Shown piece by piece: positions 63,613 to 64,000 of a DNA stretch of 64,000 nt. The notes below the pieces were generated by a model, which saw only the letters and a list, made by a program, of their open reading frames with translations, did no database searches and was not told the origin of the DNA. Position 1 is the stretch's first letter; each line of letters opens with the position of its first letter. The stretch is from Candidatus Terrybacteria bacterium RIFCSPHIGHO2_01_FULL_48_17 (GTDB lineage: Bacteria > Patescibacteriota > Minisyncoccia > Terrybacterales > 2-01-FULL-58-14): the NCBI GenBank assembly GCA_001822835.1, contig MHSS01000002.1, positions 1,060-65,059 on the forward strand, written 5' to 3'. Position numbers and translations under genes: made by a program.

Positions 63613-64000
63613 TACATACGACAAAATTGCAAAATGGGATACGAGGAATTGTGGTTCCCATGAAGGGCGTAAAAGCCGCCACCGCTCTTGTATTGGTGCG
63701 TACCGGTTCCAAATACGAAACCAAACGCACCAATGGTGTTGCGCACTTTGTTGAGCACATGATTTTTAAAGGATCAAAAAAATATCCTTCGGTGCGAAAG
63801 CTTACGGAAACTCTTGACCGGTTGGGTGCGGAGTATAACGCATTTACTTCCAAAGAAATGACCGGATATTGGGTAAAAGCAGCCGGCGAAAAGCGGGGTA
63901 AAGTACTTGAAATTGTCGCAAGCATGTTGCGCGATCCATTATTCCCCAGAGGGGAATTGGAGCGAGAACGCGGCGTTATTCTCCAGGAGTTAAACTTATA
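63609..64000 (+). CDS. M16-family zinc peptidase (insulinase-like), 3' end outside the window
   Basis: Inverzincin motif HFVEHMIFKGS. ATG overlaps the glyS stop. Confidence 0.8.
   Translation, partial: MIHTTKLQNGIRGIVVPMKGVKAATALVLVRTGSKYETKRTNGVAHFVEHMIFKGSKKYPSVRKLTETLDRLGAEYNAFTSKEMTGYWVKAAGEKRGKVLEIVASMLRDPLFPRGELERERGVILQELNL

Overview
Gene-dense 64 kb window (about 50% GC, roughly 65 protein genes on both strands) that looks like a small-genome, CPR/Patescibacteria-like bacterium. The indicators are an archaeal/eukaryal-type dimeric GlyRS, a type-2 IleRS, RtcB plus archease, fused OFOR subunits, a minimal peptidoglycan set (FemAB-like, MurE) and many tiny zinc-ribbon ORFs. Recognisable content: translation (argS, ileS, glyS, infC-rpmI-rplT, rpsT, smpB with a tmRNA gene, tRNA-Ala, tRNA-Arg); DNA repair (uvrB, ruvA, recO, PolX, an EndoQ-like PHP nuclease, MGMT, Nudix); 2-oxoacid metabolism (E1 alpha/beta and a fused gamma-alpha/beta oxidoreductase); a DUF58-VWA-TPR-VWA (Bat-like) membrane cluster; an ECF sigma/anti-sigma pair; and a RelE/ParE-type toxin-antitoxin pair. 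Most unusual signals: (1) ileS carries a complete SixA-like histidine-phosphatase domain inserted into its zinc-knuckle region. (2) A family of degenerate 7-8 nt tandem repeats (GGGNACA / AAATYCA / CTGATWN / CCCTATT / TACGAAT types) occurs more than 20 times. Inside essential genes the repeats are in-frame loop insertions; between genes they form composite inverted-repeat hairpins. (3) A ~105 bp MITE-like palindromic element is present twice. (4) An RtcB/archease cluster sits with a candidate Pnk-like kinase and a HAD enzyme carrying an unusual DxN motif. All calls come from reading the sequence and ORF translations by eye; no searches were run.
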